A stretch of DNA of 63,995 nt, filler included, from Intoshia linei (GCA_001642005.1; 5 parts of 5 records of this genome joined end to end with filler, not necessarily neighbours in it), one strand, 5' to 3'; counted from the whole stretch's first letter, positions 38,019 to 52,288 are shown. Translations and numbers: made by a program. Notes: generated from the letters alone by a model not told the origin.

Positions 38019-38445
38019 TTAATCATTATCTCTTGACAAACTATTTATCATTTGTTTTATATTTTCAATTTCACTCTTTAATTTATTCAAAGCAAAGTAT
38101 TTGAAATTGATATCATCCTTTAATTGCATATTTTGTAAGGCCACAGCATGCTCTGATTTTGGATCTTTTGCCAAATCCAATGCATATGACGAAAAAAAAG
38201 AATTGAGTTTCTGACTATGATGTGATATTTCAGCAATCAACTCAGTCACAGCTAAATTGTCATTTGAATATTATCGCAATTAAAATTTACGCATAGTGCA
38301 ATTATCAATTTCGTTTGTTGGGTTTAAGCTACATTTTATTAGATTCTATAATTTATTAGTTTAAAAAATATTCTATTTTTACCGATGTAGACTTTACAAA
38401 ATCTTCATACAGTTTATGCGAAGTTTCACAAAGTGTTTCATTCAT
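38019..38445 (-). CDS. Mediator subunit 28-like coiled-coil protein; exons 38445-38383, 38345-38291, 38251-38019
   Basis: In-frame splicing over 37- and 39-bp introns. The helical pattern VTELIAEI...LNSFF...L..L...LKDDINFK..LNK aligns by eye with the MED28 core; divergent. Confidence 0.55.
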
Positions 38446-39409
38446 TTTGGTATATTATCGCTCTAAATATTTAACATTAATTTTAGTTTCTTGTAGTTAT
38501 TGTACTATACTGCTTGATGGAATAGATTATGCGTGAGATATATTCAACGACAAATATATTTGATATTAATTGGACTCTTTAAAAAATATTATCCAGGAAT
38601 TTCCATACTTTTCTGATCACGGGAAAAGATCCCAAAAAGACAAAGTTGGAATTCCAAACCTACTGAACCGAGACCTCTTCTAGGCCCAGACGAAATTTTT
38701 ATAATATGGGGGCTTCATTTTTCCAAATTAAGCATTTTAAAATGAATTATATTTTTGAATGTCATTGCTATTTTGGGAAAAGGTAAAGTCTCATCATGAG
38801 ACTTATTAAATCATGTAAATAAATTTCAATTTTCATATTATAAAAATTAAATATTATGAACACATTTTTTACCAAACTGAAAAAGGGAATTTTCAGAATA
38901 TTTTTTACAAAACCTTAGAGGCACCTTGAAAAAAAAATTTTCAAAAATAATTAAAAAATTCCATTTCAAGGGTTTGGTAAAAAAATTTCTGAAAAATTCC
39001 TTTTGCCTATTCATAAATGTAAATAATATATTGAAAAATGAGATCTAATTAGTAATTAATAAATATAAATCAATTTAAAATCAGACAATCAAATGGATGA
39101 TAACCATTCATTCCCAAATGTGTACAAAAATATTTAAAATTATTAAATAGGGTATGATCTGTGGAAAAATTGATCCGTATGTATGTCCGTAATGTACGGA
39201 ACGAAATAAATTAAAAAATTTTATTTTTAGTGAAAATAATTTATAAGATTAATCATCATAATGTGAAAAATAGCAGATGTTGTTAAGATACTATTTCAAA
39301 AAATAATGAAAATATGTTTAAATAAATTATAGAGATTAAATTAGTTTTGATATTTAAAAAAATTTCCAGTAATTTACCAATTCGTTTAATTAAAAATTTA
39401 TTCTGTAAA

Positions 39410-39605
39410 TTGCCAATTTTTTGAAATTTTAGGGCTGTTTTCATTAAAGAAAAGAAGGGTAATTTGTGGTTTTGGTCCTGAAGATATAAAGTTATGATAA
39501 TGTTTGTGATTTTAAAATCCGTATCAGCGTTTATATTTTTTAAATTCTTCAGCTTGTTTTATTTTCAAAAAAAAAGATTATTGGAGTTTTTGACCCGTAA
39601 GATGT
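39410..39605 (-). mobile_element. Internal Helitron fragment
   Basis: agggctgttttcattaaa...gtaatttgtggttttgg...ttttgacccgtaagatgt, in the same orientation as the other copies. Confidence 0.7.
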
Positions 39606-39778
39606 ATTCTATTTCAAATATGGAGTAATGAAGATTTGACCTAATGTTGTACATAATGTTAAAAATTTATTCAAAAAATTAAAAACATTTAATGAAACTT
39701 TTAATTAAAATTTTAACTATATTGTTAAAGTAAAGTTAAACGTGAATAAATTATAAATTTATTGTCTTATTATCGGTT

Positions 39779-42700
39779 TTAACAAAATTCATCCAAAAGA
39801 GTATTAACGACAGACATGGCTTCAAGTTTATCGGAGAATTCAGAAATGTCTAAAACATATGGAGAATTTGATTGACTGGCTATTCTTTCTAATTCTTCTT
39901 TGTCATAGTTTTTTCCTAACCCCACAGTATATATTTTTGTATCTGCCCTTTTTAAAGAATCGGCAGAAGGTAATGTGTTTAATATTTCTACGTTTGATTT
40001 TCCATCAGTAATAACTACAGCATAATTTGGATAATTGTACCTATCTCCATATTCAGCTCTGAAAACTCTTTCATTAGCCAAAGTTATCGCTGCCTGTAAA
40101 TTTGTCTTTTCATCGTCTTTTTTTATTCGAATAGCATCTACTATAAAATGAACATTGCTGTATTTTTCCAGATCAAAGAGAAGTTCTAAATTGCATATAT
40201 AAATTAAATATTAAATTAATTGATATGTAAAGTAATTACCCGCTTCATCTCCATAAATTATAACTGCCACTCTAAACCTATCATTGGAGTAGTTTAATCC
40301 GTATATAATTTGCTTCATAACATAAAGTGAAATATCATAATATTCTTCAATGCTTCCACTTACGTCCAATATGAAAACAACATCTCCATTACCAGACAAA
40401 CAAGTTCGTTCACAAAATTCACCCGTAAATCTAGAATGACAATCACAAGTAAAATGTCCAAAATTATCAGTACATTGACCATCATTTTGACATATGATAC
40501 TATCACACCCTCTTTCAGATTTGCACATAGATTTAATTAATCCATTGAGCTGATCGTTTAAATTTCCATATCTCTTGGCGAAGGGAATTTCGAGTTCAGA
40601 ATTTTTCGAAATTATTGCTTTCAGTAAACTGACATCTGCGTCTTCACCGACAGCTACGGATATAATGTGAATACCATTAACGCGTAAATTTGTAGCAGCT
40701 TTTATTGTATCCTTCTCACGTATATTGGCATTTCCATCAGAAAACAAAATGAGCACTTGAGGGTTTGTGGATCGGTAATTACTAAATAATCTTCCCACTT
40801 CATCTAAACCACCAGCTATATTTGTTCTACCGCCGATATGTTCAATTGACAATATTGCATGTTGGATGTCTTCAATATTCGTGTATTGTCCTATATCAAA
40901 TTCTTTTTTTGGTCGATCTGCAAATGAAACTGTTCCAATATTGACAGATAATTGGGAATGTAAATTTTCCAAAAAATTTGCAAAGAACAATTTCACGCTT
41001 TCAAAATTTTCTATCCTGGTTGAATGAGAAACATCAATTAAAAATACTAAATCGTAATTGTCGTTTAAACATCCTAAAAGTTTATATAAAAAAAATTATA
41101 TATATTTTACTTCTATCACAATATCTTCCTATGTAGTCAGGTTCACAGCTACACATAAAACTATTAAATGTATTTGAACAGAATCCATTCACACAAGGAT
41201 TATTATTACATTTTTTATTGTCTAAATTTATTATTAACAGCAAAAATTAATTAATATATACGGAGTCGAACCTAACGTACCGTTCCCAAAAAGTGGTATC
41301 GACAAAATTTTTGCAAATTGGGGATTGATTTTTCCAAGTTGAACATTAAAAAAATTACATTTTTAAATATCAACAATTTTTTTTTAAATTTAAACTGTAA
41401 AGTTCAGATTCATTGAGAGGGGCTAGGGCCACATGTAATTACGAATCTTTTTCGAAAAAAATTTTTGTCTTCAAGCATGGTAGTTTCGGCTCTAAATCCA
41501 AATAACAAAATGATTACTATTGCAAACAATGTCCAATAATTTTGAATTATCATTGTTGCTGTTCATATTCGTATAATCTATAACTGGTAAGTATGTATCC
41601 TTATATGGGAAAGATACTATCCCTCTCAAAACTGTTAAAGGTGTATTAATTCCGAATGCAACAATTTTAACATTATCTTCTCTCAATAATCTGGCTTCTT
41701 CCCATACATTTAATTGGTCGTCCATTTGATTGTCGGTAAAGAAAATCATAATTTTTGTATTATCATTTATTATAGAGTTAAATAAAAATATTTCAGAGCG
41801 TGCCTGTTTCAAAGCAGCTTGCAAATTAGTGGAACCCATGTCATGCAAAATTGAATTAATAACAGACAAAACTTTAGGTCGATTCGATGAAAAATCCAAA
41901 TGATATGTTGCATCATTAGAATAGCTTTGAAGTGCAATATTTGATCTTAAAGGTAAATTAATAACAAATGAGGTAATAAAAGCTTTCATCAAGTCAAAGT
42001 TTTTTTGGCTTATACTTCCAGATTTATCTATTGAAATCAGTACATCTGGTGCTTCAGAACATTCTAAATTTAATTAAAATATATAAATATATTATAATAT
42101 ACTAGCTTGACTGCTATGTACTACGTACAAACAATACCTAGTTCTACCGATGGCACATTTTTATTATAATTAAAAAATAAATTCACGTTTAAAATCTAAC
42201 TTAAAACTCCTATATACTATTATCAATTCTTTATAAGAGTGGTTCCCAAATTTGTTTTAGGTGGAACCATTATATCACATTTTACTTATAAGTTAATTAT
42301 TTCATCTTAATGTTTTGTTTGTTAACACTTGCGTAAAGAATTTTAAAAACAATTGTTGTCCCATTTTTTTAATTTATTAGACAGAATGTGTGTATAATAT
42401 TAAAAATAAATTAAAAACAGTCCAATCCTAAAAATTGTCATAAATAGCATAAATTCCAAAAAAATAAAATTAGTCCAATACTAAAAATTGTCATAAAGGT
42501 GTGAGTTTTGGAAATTGAAATTTATATTATTATATGTAAAAATTGTCATAAATTCCAAAAATAATATAATTATAAAAACCTTAAACTTAACTTAACCTTA
42601 TAAAAACTTTTGTGATTTTCAATGTGAAATATATATTCAGTATCAATTTAATAAATACATAAAAATACCAATTATGTATCAATAATTAACGGAATCAGCA

Positions 42701-45700
42701 CTTTATAAACATATTTCAGATGAATTTTACCAATATTGCAAAAGATTGCAATAAATATACAAATTATAATAACAAAGTTGTATTACTTTTAATAATCGTT
42801 GTAGTATCAATTTAAATTATAACAAAATGTTCTCGAAATGATAATTTGAGATTTAAAAATTGCGTAGCAATGAAAAAAATTTTGAAGGAATGAATTATAT
42901 ATATTTCCACCCATATTTCTTTATTGGAAATGTGTAGACGTTCAATGCACATTTTTTTGCAATTGTAGGATCAATATTTACATTTTTATTTTAATGAAAA
43001 TATTTGAAGAATATTGGTTAATAATATATAAAAAATTATTTTTCACCGGAAATGCGTGAATATCTAGGGTTGAAATGTTGTATTTATATCAACTGGAATA
43101 GGTTCTATCAGAATAATATTTTTTTTAATTTTGAGATTGTTAATTATTACATATTTTTTGTTTTAATAAAATATTTTGGAAAAAAAATATATGAATACTA
43201 AAATACTTTTTTGACCATGAAGGTGTCACTTATTCAGATTGAAAATTTTTGTGTGTTTTAACAATATACAACTGTACAACCTGTAATTTTTGTTAAATTC
43301 TAAGGCTATTTTTATTAAAAAAAGGGTAATTTGTGGTTTTGGCCCTGAAGATATATTTTTTTTAAATTTAAATTCATGATAACATTTATGATTTTAAAAT
43401 CGGTATCAGAGTATATATTTTTTTAAATTCTCGAACTGGTTTGATTTTCAAAAAAAAGGACAAGTGGTCTTTTCGATAAGATGTTAGTTTGGGAGGTTTA
43501 AATTTATTTGGCTAACACCCTCGGAAAAAACTGTAATTTAAATGTGGACTTTATAAAATTGTAAAAGTGGTAGTTATTAAAATAAACGGTAACACAAACA
43601 CAAACAAATATTGCATAGCATATTATATAAGTAAGGATTATTATTAAACATTTACCAATNATAAATGGTATAAATTCCAGCAAAATAAAATTATAAAAAC
43701 CTATTTTGTAATTCTCAATGTGATGATATATAATCAGAACCTATTTAATAAATACTGAAAAATATCAATTGTGTATCAATAATTAATTTTACCATTATTG
43801 CAAAGGATTGTAATATAAAAGTGATTGATATTAAAAATGTGTCCATACTTTTGGCCTGTTTTCTTGTGAATTTTAATTTTCTTTTTAGCATTTTCAAATT
43901 AAGTTAGTACAGTGTTTCCCAACACTGTTAAAAAAATATATATTTTTAATTTTTTTCAACAAAATTAAATTTTCAATTTTATCAAATAAAAAAAAATTGA
44001 ATTAAATTATTAAGAGTTATACAATATAAGTTATCTAACACCAATTATCTGTGTAGTAAGTATGTTGCCTTTTATATTTTAATAAAATTTAGTTATGCCT
44101 GCTTCTAAAAATTATGTTCGTGTATATTCTACCGATTATTTAAAATTTGGTTATATCGAATCTAGTGTTTCGAAACAATTACCGTTCTGTTTGTTGTGTT
44201 ATAACTTATAACTCATAAGACATTGTCAAAAGAAGGTATGAAACCATCCCGCCTATTATATCACCTTAAATCACAACATCCAAATAATGTGAATAAGCCA
44301 GCTACATTTATTGAAGACGTCTATCAAAAATTTTAGAACCGTCATATTAGTATCTACAATATTTAAAAACCAGCATATAAAAAATAAAAATGGATTAATG
44401 CCATCTCATCGCAAAAGCCGGCAAAGATCATACTGTTGGAAAAAAATTGATACTAATTTGTATTGAAGAGTTTATAACTACTGTTATGCACTCAAAATGT
44501 CAGTTGGTATTTAAAGTCGTTACCACTTAGTAACAATACCGTGTGTCGACGTATCGATGAAATGGGAAATTATATTGAAATTCAATTAATAAATATTATA
44601 AGATCAACTAAATTAAAGTTTTATTTTTACTGGGCGATAATGCAAAATGAGTTGGGAAACACTGAGTTAGTATCAAAACTTTTATAAATTCGTTGCCGTA
44701 GATGTTGTTCAAAATGTTTGGAAAATGAAAATTTGAAATTTAAAAATTGCGTAGCAATGAATTATATAGATTTTCACCCATATGTCTTGACTGGAAATGT
44801 GTAGACGTACAATTCAAATTTTTTTTGAAATTGTAGGATCAATATTTACATTTTTGATTATAATCGAAATATTTGAAAAATATTGGTTGATAATATATTA
44901 AAAATTATTTTTTAACCCGGGAATGCGTATATTTCTGGGGTCGAAATTTTGTATTTATATCAACTGGAATAAGCTCTATCAAAATAATTATTTTTTTAAA
45001 GTTTCGGACCGTTAATTATTTCATATTTTTTGTTTTAATAAAATATTTTGGAAAAAAAATATATGAATACTAAAATACTTTTTTGACCATGAAGGTGTCA
45101 CTTATTCAGATTGAAAATTTTTGTGTGTTTTAACAATATACAACTGTACAACCTGTAATTTTTGTTAAATTCTAAGGCTATTTTTATTAAAAAAAGGGTA
45201 ATTTGTGGTTTTGGCCCTGAAGATATATTTTTTTTAAATTTAAATTCATGATAACATTTATGATTTTAAAATCGGTATCAGAGTATATATTTTTTTAAAT
45301 TCTCGAACTGGTTTGATTTTCAAAAAAAAGGACAAGTGGTCTTTTCGATAAGATGTTAGTTTGGGAGGTTTAAATTTATTTGGCTAACACCCTCGGAAAA
45401 AACTGTAATTTAAATGTGGACTTTATAAAATTGTAAAAGTGGTAGTTATTAAAATAAACGGTAACACAAACACAAACAAATATTGCATAGCATATTATAT
45501 AAGTAAAAATTATTATTAAACATTTACCAATGTAGTTTACATGGTTTAAGATGATTAATAGACACCTGAAATCAAAAAAATTTTATTTTATTTATTAAAA
45601 TTAAATTTATTAACTATTTAATTATATAAATTATTACATTATGCTAAATACATTATACAGATACAACTTGCGGCCCACCGCGACTTGGTAAATTAATACT

Positions 45701-48700
45701 TTTAATATATTAATATAAATGTCAAAATTTTCATAAAGTCACCGCTACAGAAGTAAAAACTTGCCAGCCTTGGAAATATTGTTCTTAAGTAATTCTTTCA
45801 TATTTATTTTAAAAATGCAGAAGAAAAAATCTGTGGGTACATTTATTTAAATGTATATCGCGTGACTTTTGACTATTTTTCTGGGCACATACTAACACAT
45901 ACTGGGAATAAATTTTTTGATATAATGATAGTTTTCGAATGCCATGCAAAAAAATCTGTGACCCGTCATTGATGAATAAGTTCATATTTTAAAAATGTGC
46001 CCTTTGTTATATGTCATATACATAATTAAACATCTTACGTAAATCACAATGAATTCCACCATAATTTTCTCCACATCTACAGTTTTTGAATCCAATATGA
46101 TCTTCGCAGATACCATTGTTTATACAACTGTCCATACATTCATCTACATCTAAAAAAATATAATTTATCTTGCATATAAACATGTAGTTGTTGGTAAATT
46201 TTGAGATATTTATAATTTTTTTGTTATACATGTACTTTTAACTTTGAAATCTTTGGGATATTTGAAACTCTGTCTTATACGTTTTTTGAAAATCAAATCT
46301 GGTATTATGTCACTGATAGTGATTATTTATAATTTTATTAATTTTTCAATTATTTAAAATAAGTATTTTAGTACCTTATTTTTTATAAAATAAAATGTTC
46401 TATTTTTGATCCCTTTCTTTAAAATTTTGTACCAAGTGTAATAGAAATTTAAATTTGAAAATCTGGCTTAACTGTCTAACTTAAATACATGAGATACGAC
46501 ACTTATCTAATAATTTTATAGGTTTTATTGAAATTTTATTCAAAAGAGTTTGATTATAATTTTTTTGACGAATATTTAGTTGAGCGACATAATCATCGAT
46601 TTTAATAATTTATTATATTATCAAATATAATGTCAATATTAAGATGTTTCGCTCTAACATTACACCGTTCAAAGGAATTTCGCTAAAATGAATATAGCTC
46701 AAATGAATATCGCTCTAGAGCAGCGATTCCTAACCTTTTTTACTACAGCGCCCAACAGCGTCATAAAAATTTTCCAGCTCCCCCTTAAATTGTTTTTGTT
46801 ATACACTTACCTAAAAATGTGTATGTTATAACTAGAGCATTTTTTAGTCAATAAATCAATTTTTTCGATGTAGAATACGATAAAATAAGTTTTAAACACA
46901 TTTTATCACTTGTAAGTTTTTTTAAATTTCAATGAAATAGGTTTCGGATAGGTTCTGTTCTGCTAAAACTTTTCAATAAATAAATTTGGATGGATTTACT
47001 CGATGGAATTTATCTGTAATCTTACTAACCTTCTATTTTATCATTTGATTAATGTGATGGTTAAATTTGAAAAGTCGTCTTTTGTCAATTGTCACATAAA
47101 AACAAAACATATTCTCATTATTGGCATTACACCAGGAAAGAACGACTCCAAAAGCCTAAAAGACAAAGTAAAGGTGGTAGTATAATGGTATGGTCATCAT
47201 TTTTGGTATGTGGAAAAACATCCATGGTTTTTTTTGATGTAAAAATTTAATTTTGAATAATCTCTGCTATACAGTGTACTAATTTGATATATCAGTAAGA
47301 TAATGCGCACATTTATGTGTCAGATCGACAAATATTTTAAAGTGGTTAATATTTCATTTTTACTATTGCGTCCTATGTAACCCCACCTCAATCTGGTCGA
47401 AAATCTATAGGGTATTATATTGAGAGCTGTATATAAAAACACACATTATTACTCTATAGAAACCTTAAAAACCGCCATTAGAAATCACATGGATGGTGTT
47501 TCGCTTATATCTCTTAAAAAACTGGCCAATTGTATGAATGACAAGATTTTTAGATTGATAAACACCAATGGATTTTTTTGGGTTAATATTAAATTAATAG
47601 TTTGTAAATATTAGATATAATTTAGTTTTTATAAAAGTCGCGTTATTTTTGAAACACGAATATTGTTGTACAAAACATTTAATTTTGATAAATCTTCTGT
47701 TTAATTACATTCATTTTTAATTAATATTATGGGCTAAAAGAAAATTTTATTTTTTTGTTTGAAATTTAGTAACATTGTATTTGTATAGTTTCACTGTGAT
47801 ATTAATACCACAAAATTTTTTGAGAGCCTTAAAAAACTGAAATATCGAGTCGCGTTATTTTTGAAACGGAGTGTAAATCAATAAAAAATATTAATAATAT
47901 AATAAAATACCAAATTAAGTCAGCGCCTTAAAACTTAAAAAATTTTATACCGTCCCAGGTAGCTCCAGCGCCCTTAGGTGGGCGCGACCGCTCACGTTAG
48001 GAATCACTGATATAGAGAATATACGTCAATTTAATTTAGAAAAATTTAGACCAGAGTTTCTAATCCCTTTTGTATTATTGCAAAAGTTTACCATTTGATT
48101 AGAATTAATTTTTTTTGATTACCCAGATGATAAATAAGTGCAATGCATAAGGTCATAAAAAAACTTAATTAATAAACTTAAAAATTAATTCTACATTTTT
48201 ACATTAATTGAGCGTTAAGACATTTTATGTAAATAAGGGATTGTGAATGTTTAAATAAAAAAGGGGAGTAATTAATTTTTCAGTATTTAATTAAAATACT
48301 GACAGTTTTTAATATAAAATTTTCTGTATTTTCCACATAAAATTGTCAGTATAAAAAACTAAAATGTCAGTAATAAAATGTATTTTGTCAGTATTCAATT
48401 ACATATTTGTCAATTTTTAATTGTTTTCTTGTCAGTACATAATTGCATTTTTGTCAGTAAATATATTAACTAGATCAGTATTATCGAAAATTGTAAGTAA
48501 CTCAACAAAAAAATATATAGAAATAAACAAAAATTTTATAAAATAATATTTTGTCAGTAAAAAAATTGAATTGTAAGTTTGATGATTTTGGAGTGTCAGT
48601 ATAAAAATTAAAAATCTAGTTTTAGAAATAATATATCATCCACTACAGACCCAAGTTTAAACTGAAATATTAAGATACCATATTATACCTACAAACCATA

Positions 48701-50762
48701 TTACAAAAATATTAGAAATATTTTATGGTATTCACACTAGAGAATATTATTTCCATATATTTTACCAAAGCATTTTTTGTCAGTTTCATTTTATACAGAA
48801 CATTTAATTTAAATACTGAACCTTGTCAACTGGCACTTAAAATACTAAAAATCCATTATATCAACTGACAATTCAATGTTTCTACCGACAAACCATCTAC
48901 AATACTGACAAATTAAAAATTAAAATACTGACGCGATAAATACACGCCAATAAAAAATAAAAGTTAAATTACTATTGCATATTAAATTCCTAATTTTATC
49001 TCTTTCCTCAGCTAATGTATTAAAAAATGGACTGTAAATGCTATTCATATTTTCTGGATAAGATGACAATGCATACATGACGTATGTGTTAATATCCTGA
49101 CCAATTCCAATTGATATCATGTGAATATTTTCACTTTTTAAACGTATCGTTTCATAAAGTGTCTTTTTAAGATCATCTGGAATTCCATCAGTTATAGTTA
49201 GAACGATATGTCTTTCGTTGACTGAATTAATGTTTAAATCCTTATTTAAAGTATCTAAAGCTATTTTTAAAGCATCTTTCATATTCGTTGTGCCAGGTTT
49301 ATATTCTAAATTTTGTATGTGTTGAATCACGTCAAAAACATTATCATATCTGGCATGCCTAAATTCCATTGTTGCTGTGTCTCCAAAAGTGACGAGTGCA
49401 ACTTTAATCACACCTTCTGTAATGGGTAAATCAGCCATTAATTTAGTTAGTTCATTTTTCGATTCAGTGAAATCGCTTTCTCCAATACTGCCTGAGGTAT
49501 CAAGTAGTATGGTCAAATAAGAACCATGATCACAACCTATAAAAAGAATAATTACATTTATAAAAAAATAGTATGTCTAATAAACATTTTTTATATCTAC
49601 GCTTCACCAAGGGTTTAGGATAAACTTCTCTTAGTGAAATATAACATATGGAATATTATACTAGTATAATAGTTTCATTGAAATATTAAAGTGGGAAAAT
49701 TATATTCGAATTGTAAATTAAAGCATTCCGTGAGTGGAATGAAAATTCATCACCCACTGATTATTACTGTGAAAATCTATCACTTAAAATACTCGCGGAA
49801 AATTTAATATACGACTTTCTATGATTAATTAATAAATTAAATTATTTATCATAACTATGCATAAATTACGGGGTCAGTGAGAAAATGTTTGAAATTGATG
49901 GGAAACTAAATTGGACATATTTATATATTAATATTTAGGAAGCCCTGACCCAGATAATGAATAATTATAATATTATTACGCGAAGCGCGGCTAGCAGTTG
50001 TTGAAACGGTCGTTGTTGTTTTTGGAGTAGTAATAATTTCATCACATGTTTTATGTATAAGATTACTGATAATATCTGACAGAGAATTAAAATCAGGTGA
50101 AACAAAATAATCTACATTTAAAACCTTTAACCCTGTTGACATTCCTTTCAATACGTCCACATTTACAGCATCAGTGATACCGACTGAGAATATTTTAATA
50201 CCCTCATTTTTCGCCTTTTCGGCTTGATCTAACCAGTCATTCTTTCTGATGGTTGGATTTCCGTCTGTTAATACGATTACAACATTAGGTTCTGATGATC
50301 TATCGCCATTTCTTGAAGTAAACAATTCTAATCTCATTGTTTCTATCCCTCCAGCTGTGTTTGTTCGCATACCGGTATATTGTATATCCAAAATTGCTTG
50401 TTTAAGGTCATCCGGGTTATAATATTTGTTGAGGGGAATTTCCAATATACCCTCTTCAGAAAAAGACACTACACCTATTCGAACCTCATCACCACCCACA
50501 TTTAAAGCATCTACTACTTTCGTTAAAAATTGTAACATTAAATTCCAGTTATCAAAAGATCCGTCGGATGGATTTTGATCCCTAATACTACCCGATGCGT
50601 CAATTATGAAAGCCAAATCCATTTTAGATTTACAAACTAAAATGTAATATATAATACACATATAATATCCAGTTTTATATAAAATACAATATAATCGTTT
50701 TTACCATAGTCAGCTTGAGGTTGAACAAATTTTAAAATTGCTAATAAAAGTAAAAATTTCAT
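39779..50762 (-). CDS. Secreted vWA/EGF extracellular-matrix protein (vWA-vWA-EGF-vWA-EGF-vWA-EGF-vWA; matrilin/collagen-VI-like vWA domains)
   Basis: Signal exon 50762-50705 (MKFLLLLAILKFVQPQA); exons 50636-49980, 49536-48973, 46149-46039, 42063-41518, 41221-41111, 41073-40240 and about 40185-39779. MIDAS motifs DASGS, DTSGS, DKSGS, DVSHS and DVSGS; three 6-Cys EGF domains. Confidence 0.9.
41262..41493. mobile_element. MITE of the AGAGCCGAA-TIR family in an intron
   Basis: GGAGTCGAACCTA / TAGTTTCGGCTCT; internal similarity to 33100-33200. Confidence 0.5.
42102..43637 (-). mobile_element. Full-length non-autonomous Helitron (1536 bp, the longest copy)
   Basis: A|TCCTTACTTATATAAT...hairpin...CTAG|T on the minus strand. 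Confidence 0.85.
43661..45509 (-). mobile_element. Helitron copy interrupted by a Buster hAT element
   Basis: Homologous body on both sides of 43910-44664; the last ~500 bp are almost identical to 43150-43659. Confidence 0.75.
43910..44664 (+). mobile_element. Buster/Charlie-type hAT deletion derivative with a BED-finger transposase remnant
   Basis: TIR CAGTGTTTCCCAAC; perfect TSD AGTTAGTA; degraded peptides RVYSTDYLKFGY..PFCLLC..MKPSRLLYHLKSQHP..PLSNNTVCRRIDEM. Confidence 0.92.
46721..48009. mobile_element. hAT MITE containing a nested Tc1 remnant (about 47150-47873, + strand)
   Basis: TIRs CAGCGATTCCTAAC / GTTAGGAATCACTG; TSD ctctagag/atatagag. Degraded PHLNLVENL*GIILRAVY is SPDLNPIENLW-like, and there is a Tc1-type end GAAACGGAGTG|TA. 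Confidence 0.75.
48295..48935. repeat. Array of oriented TGTCAGT / ACTGAC motifs, probably a transposon subterminal region
   Basis: About eight TGTCAGT copies at 48343-48785, then inverted ACTGAC copies at 48864-48932. Confidence 0.5.
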
Positions 50763-51753
50763 TTCAATAATTTTTTTATTTAAAATATAACAAATTTTTC
50801 AGTGAAAATTCGCAATGATACGGTAAAATAATCATTTAATATTAATTATTATACATATCCAAGATAAATGTATACTGTCTCAATTATTTATAATTTTAGA
50901 GACAATTTTCTTTTGTAAATAATATTCAAATTGTAGACAAATTGTATATTCTATGCAAAATGATTTTATAAAATTCCAAATATTTCAAACAACTTCACTC
51001 TTATTATGTATTGTTTATACATTTATTATTATAATTGATCAATACAAATCTTAATAAAAATCTAAGAAACCAATGATTGTTATACAATTAATTGTTAGAC
51101 TAACTATTTTTTATTTTTGATATACAATATATTTTTTTAATTCAATTGTTAAGTCAATAACTCAATGTTTGTTGTACTATTCTAGAATACAGTAGAATCT
51201 CTTTAATCTAAAGTTCTATTTTGATTCAATACAAAGAATTCTTTAACTTCAGTAATTATTTACAATTTTTAATTTGACGTTTTTATGACTAATAAAAATA
51301 AATTTATATTTTTAATATATTTATTCCAAATAACTTTTAACAACAGCTAAATCATTAAATGAAATGCGATGTAACATAATTATGTCGATATTAGTAAGAT
51401 GACTTGCATTATGTCGAGATGAATGGAATTAAATTGAAGTGAACTTGAATTAAATTTATTTATATTAGAATAAAATCACCGTAATCGTTCAAGATAAATA
51501 ATATTACAAATAACCTATTAAGTTAGAATTATATTATAATCAAAATTTATCAATATCAAATAAATAAATAGTAAATAAGCATTAAATTAAGAGTTAAATT
51601 TAAGTTAATTATTAGCACTTAAGATTATTTTGTTAAAATTTGTATAAATAATTNNNNNNNNNNNNNNNNNNNNNNNNNNNNNNNNNNNNNNNNNNNNTTA
51701 ATTAATTAANNNNNNNNNNNNNNNNNNNNNNNNNNNNNNNNNNNNNNNNNNNN

Positions 51754-52288
51754 TTAACCGAATCTTCACTTTATAAACATATTTTAGTCGAATTTTACCA
51801 AATTTGCTAAGGATTGTAATAAATATAAAAATGATATTAACAAAGTTGTTTTTGTTTCGTTGTGTAGCGAGTTCAAGAATGCAAGAGTAATTAGCGCTAG
51901 TGGTTGACTTAAAGAGTTTAACAGAATAAAATGAATGTTAATGTTTAATAAATAAATTTGGTTATTTGCCAATTTATATTTTCACAATGAAGTTCTTCCT
52001 TGAATACATCATCGTGGTAATTTCACGATGATGTAAGATCTCCCCTCAAGATTATTTGGAGAAAGGTATTCTTCTTAACGCTAACTACGTATAGATAGGA
52101 ATAAATTTTACATTTTTACTAAATGTAAAATTAAAAATAAAATATTTGAAGTGAAGTAACTATTCATTCCAAAAAAATAAAAAATTTAGTGGTTTTTAAA
52201 AAATTCTAAGAGTGCTAGTTATTTTAATAAAGTAGAACACACAGACAGACACAAACAAAAATCGCGTCGCATATTATATAAGTTAGGA
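51754..52288 (-). mobile_element. Helitron 5' portion next to a gap; further fragments at about 54750-54960 and 55175-55445
   Basis: Ends acaaacaaaaatcgcgtcgcatattatataagttagga|t. Confidence 0.75.

Noticed and set aside
45528-45566. Possible small exon of the vWA/EGF gene
   Set aside because: It gives an immediate stop in the required phase; 46039 splices in frame directly to 42063.
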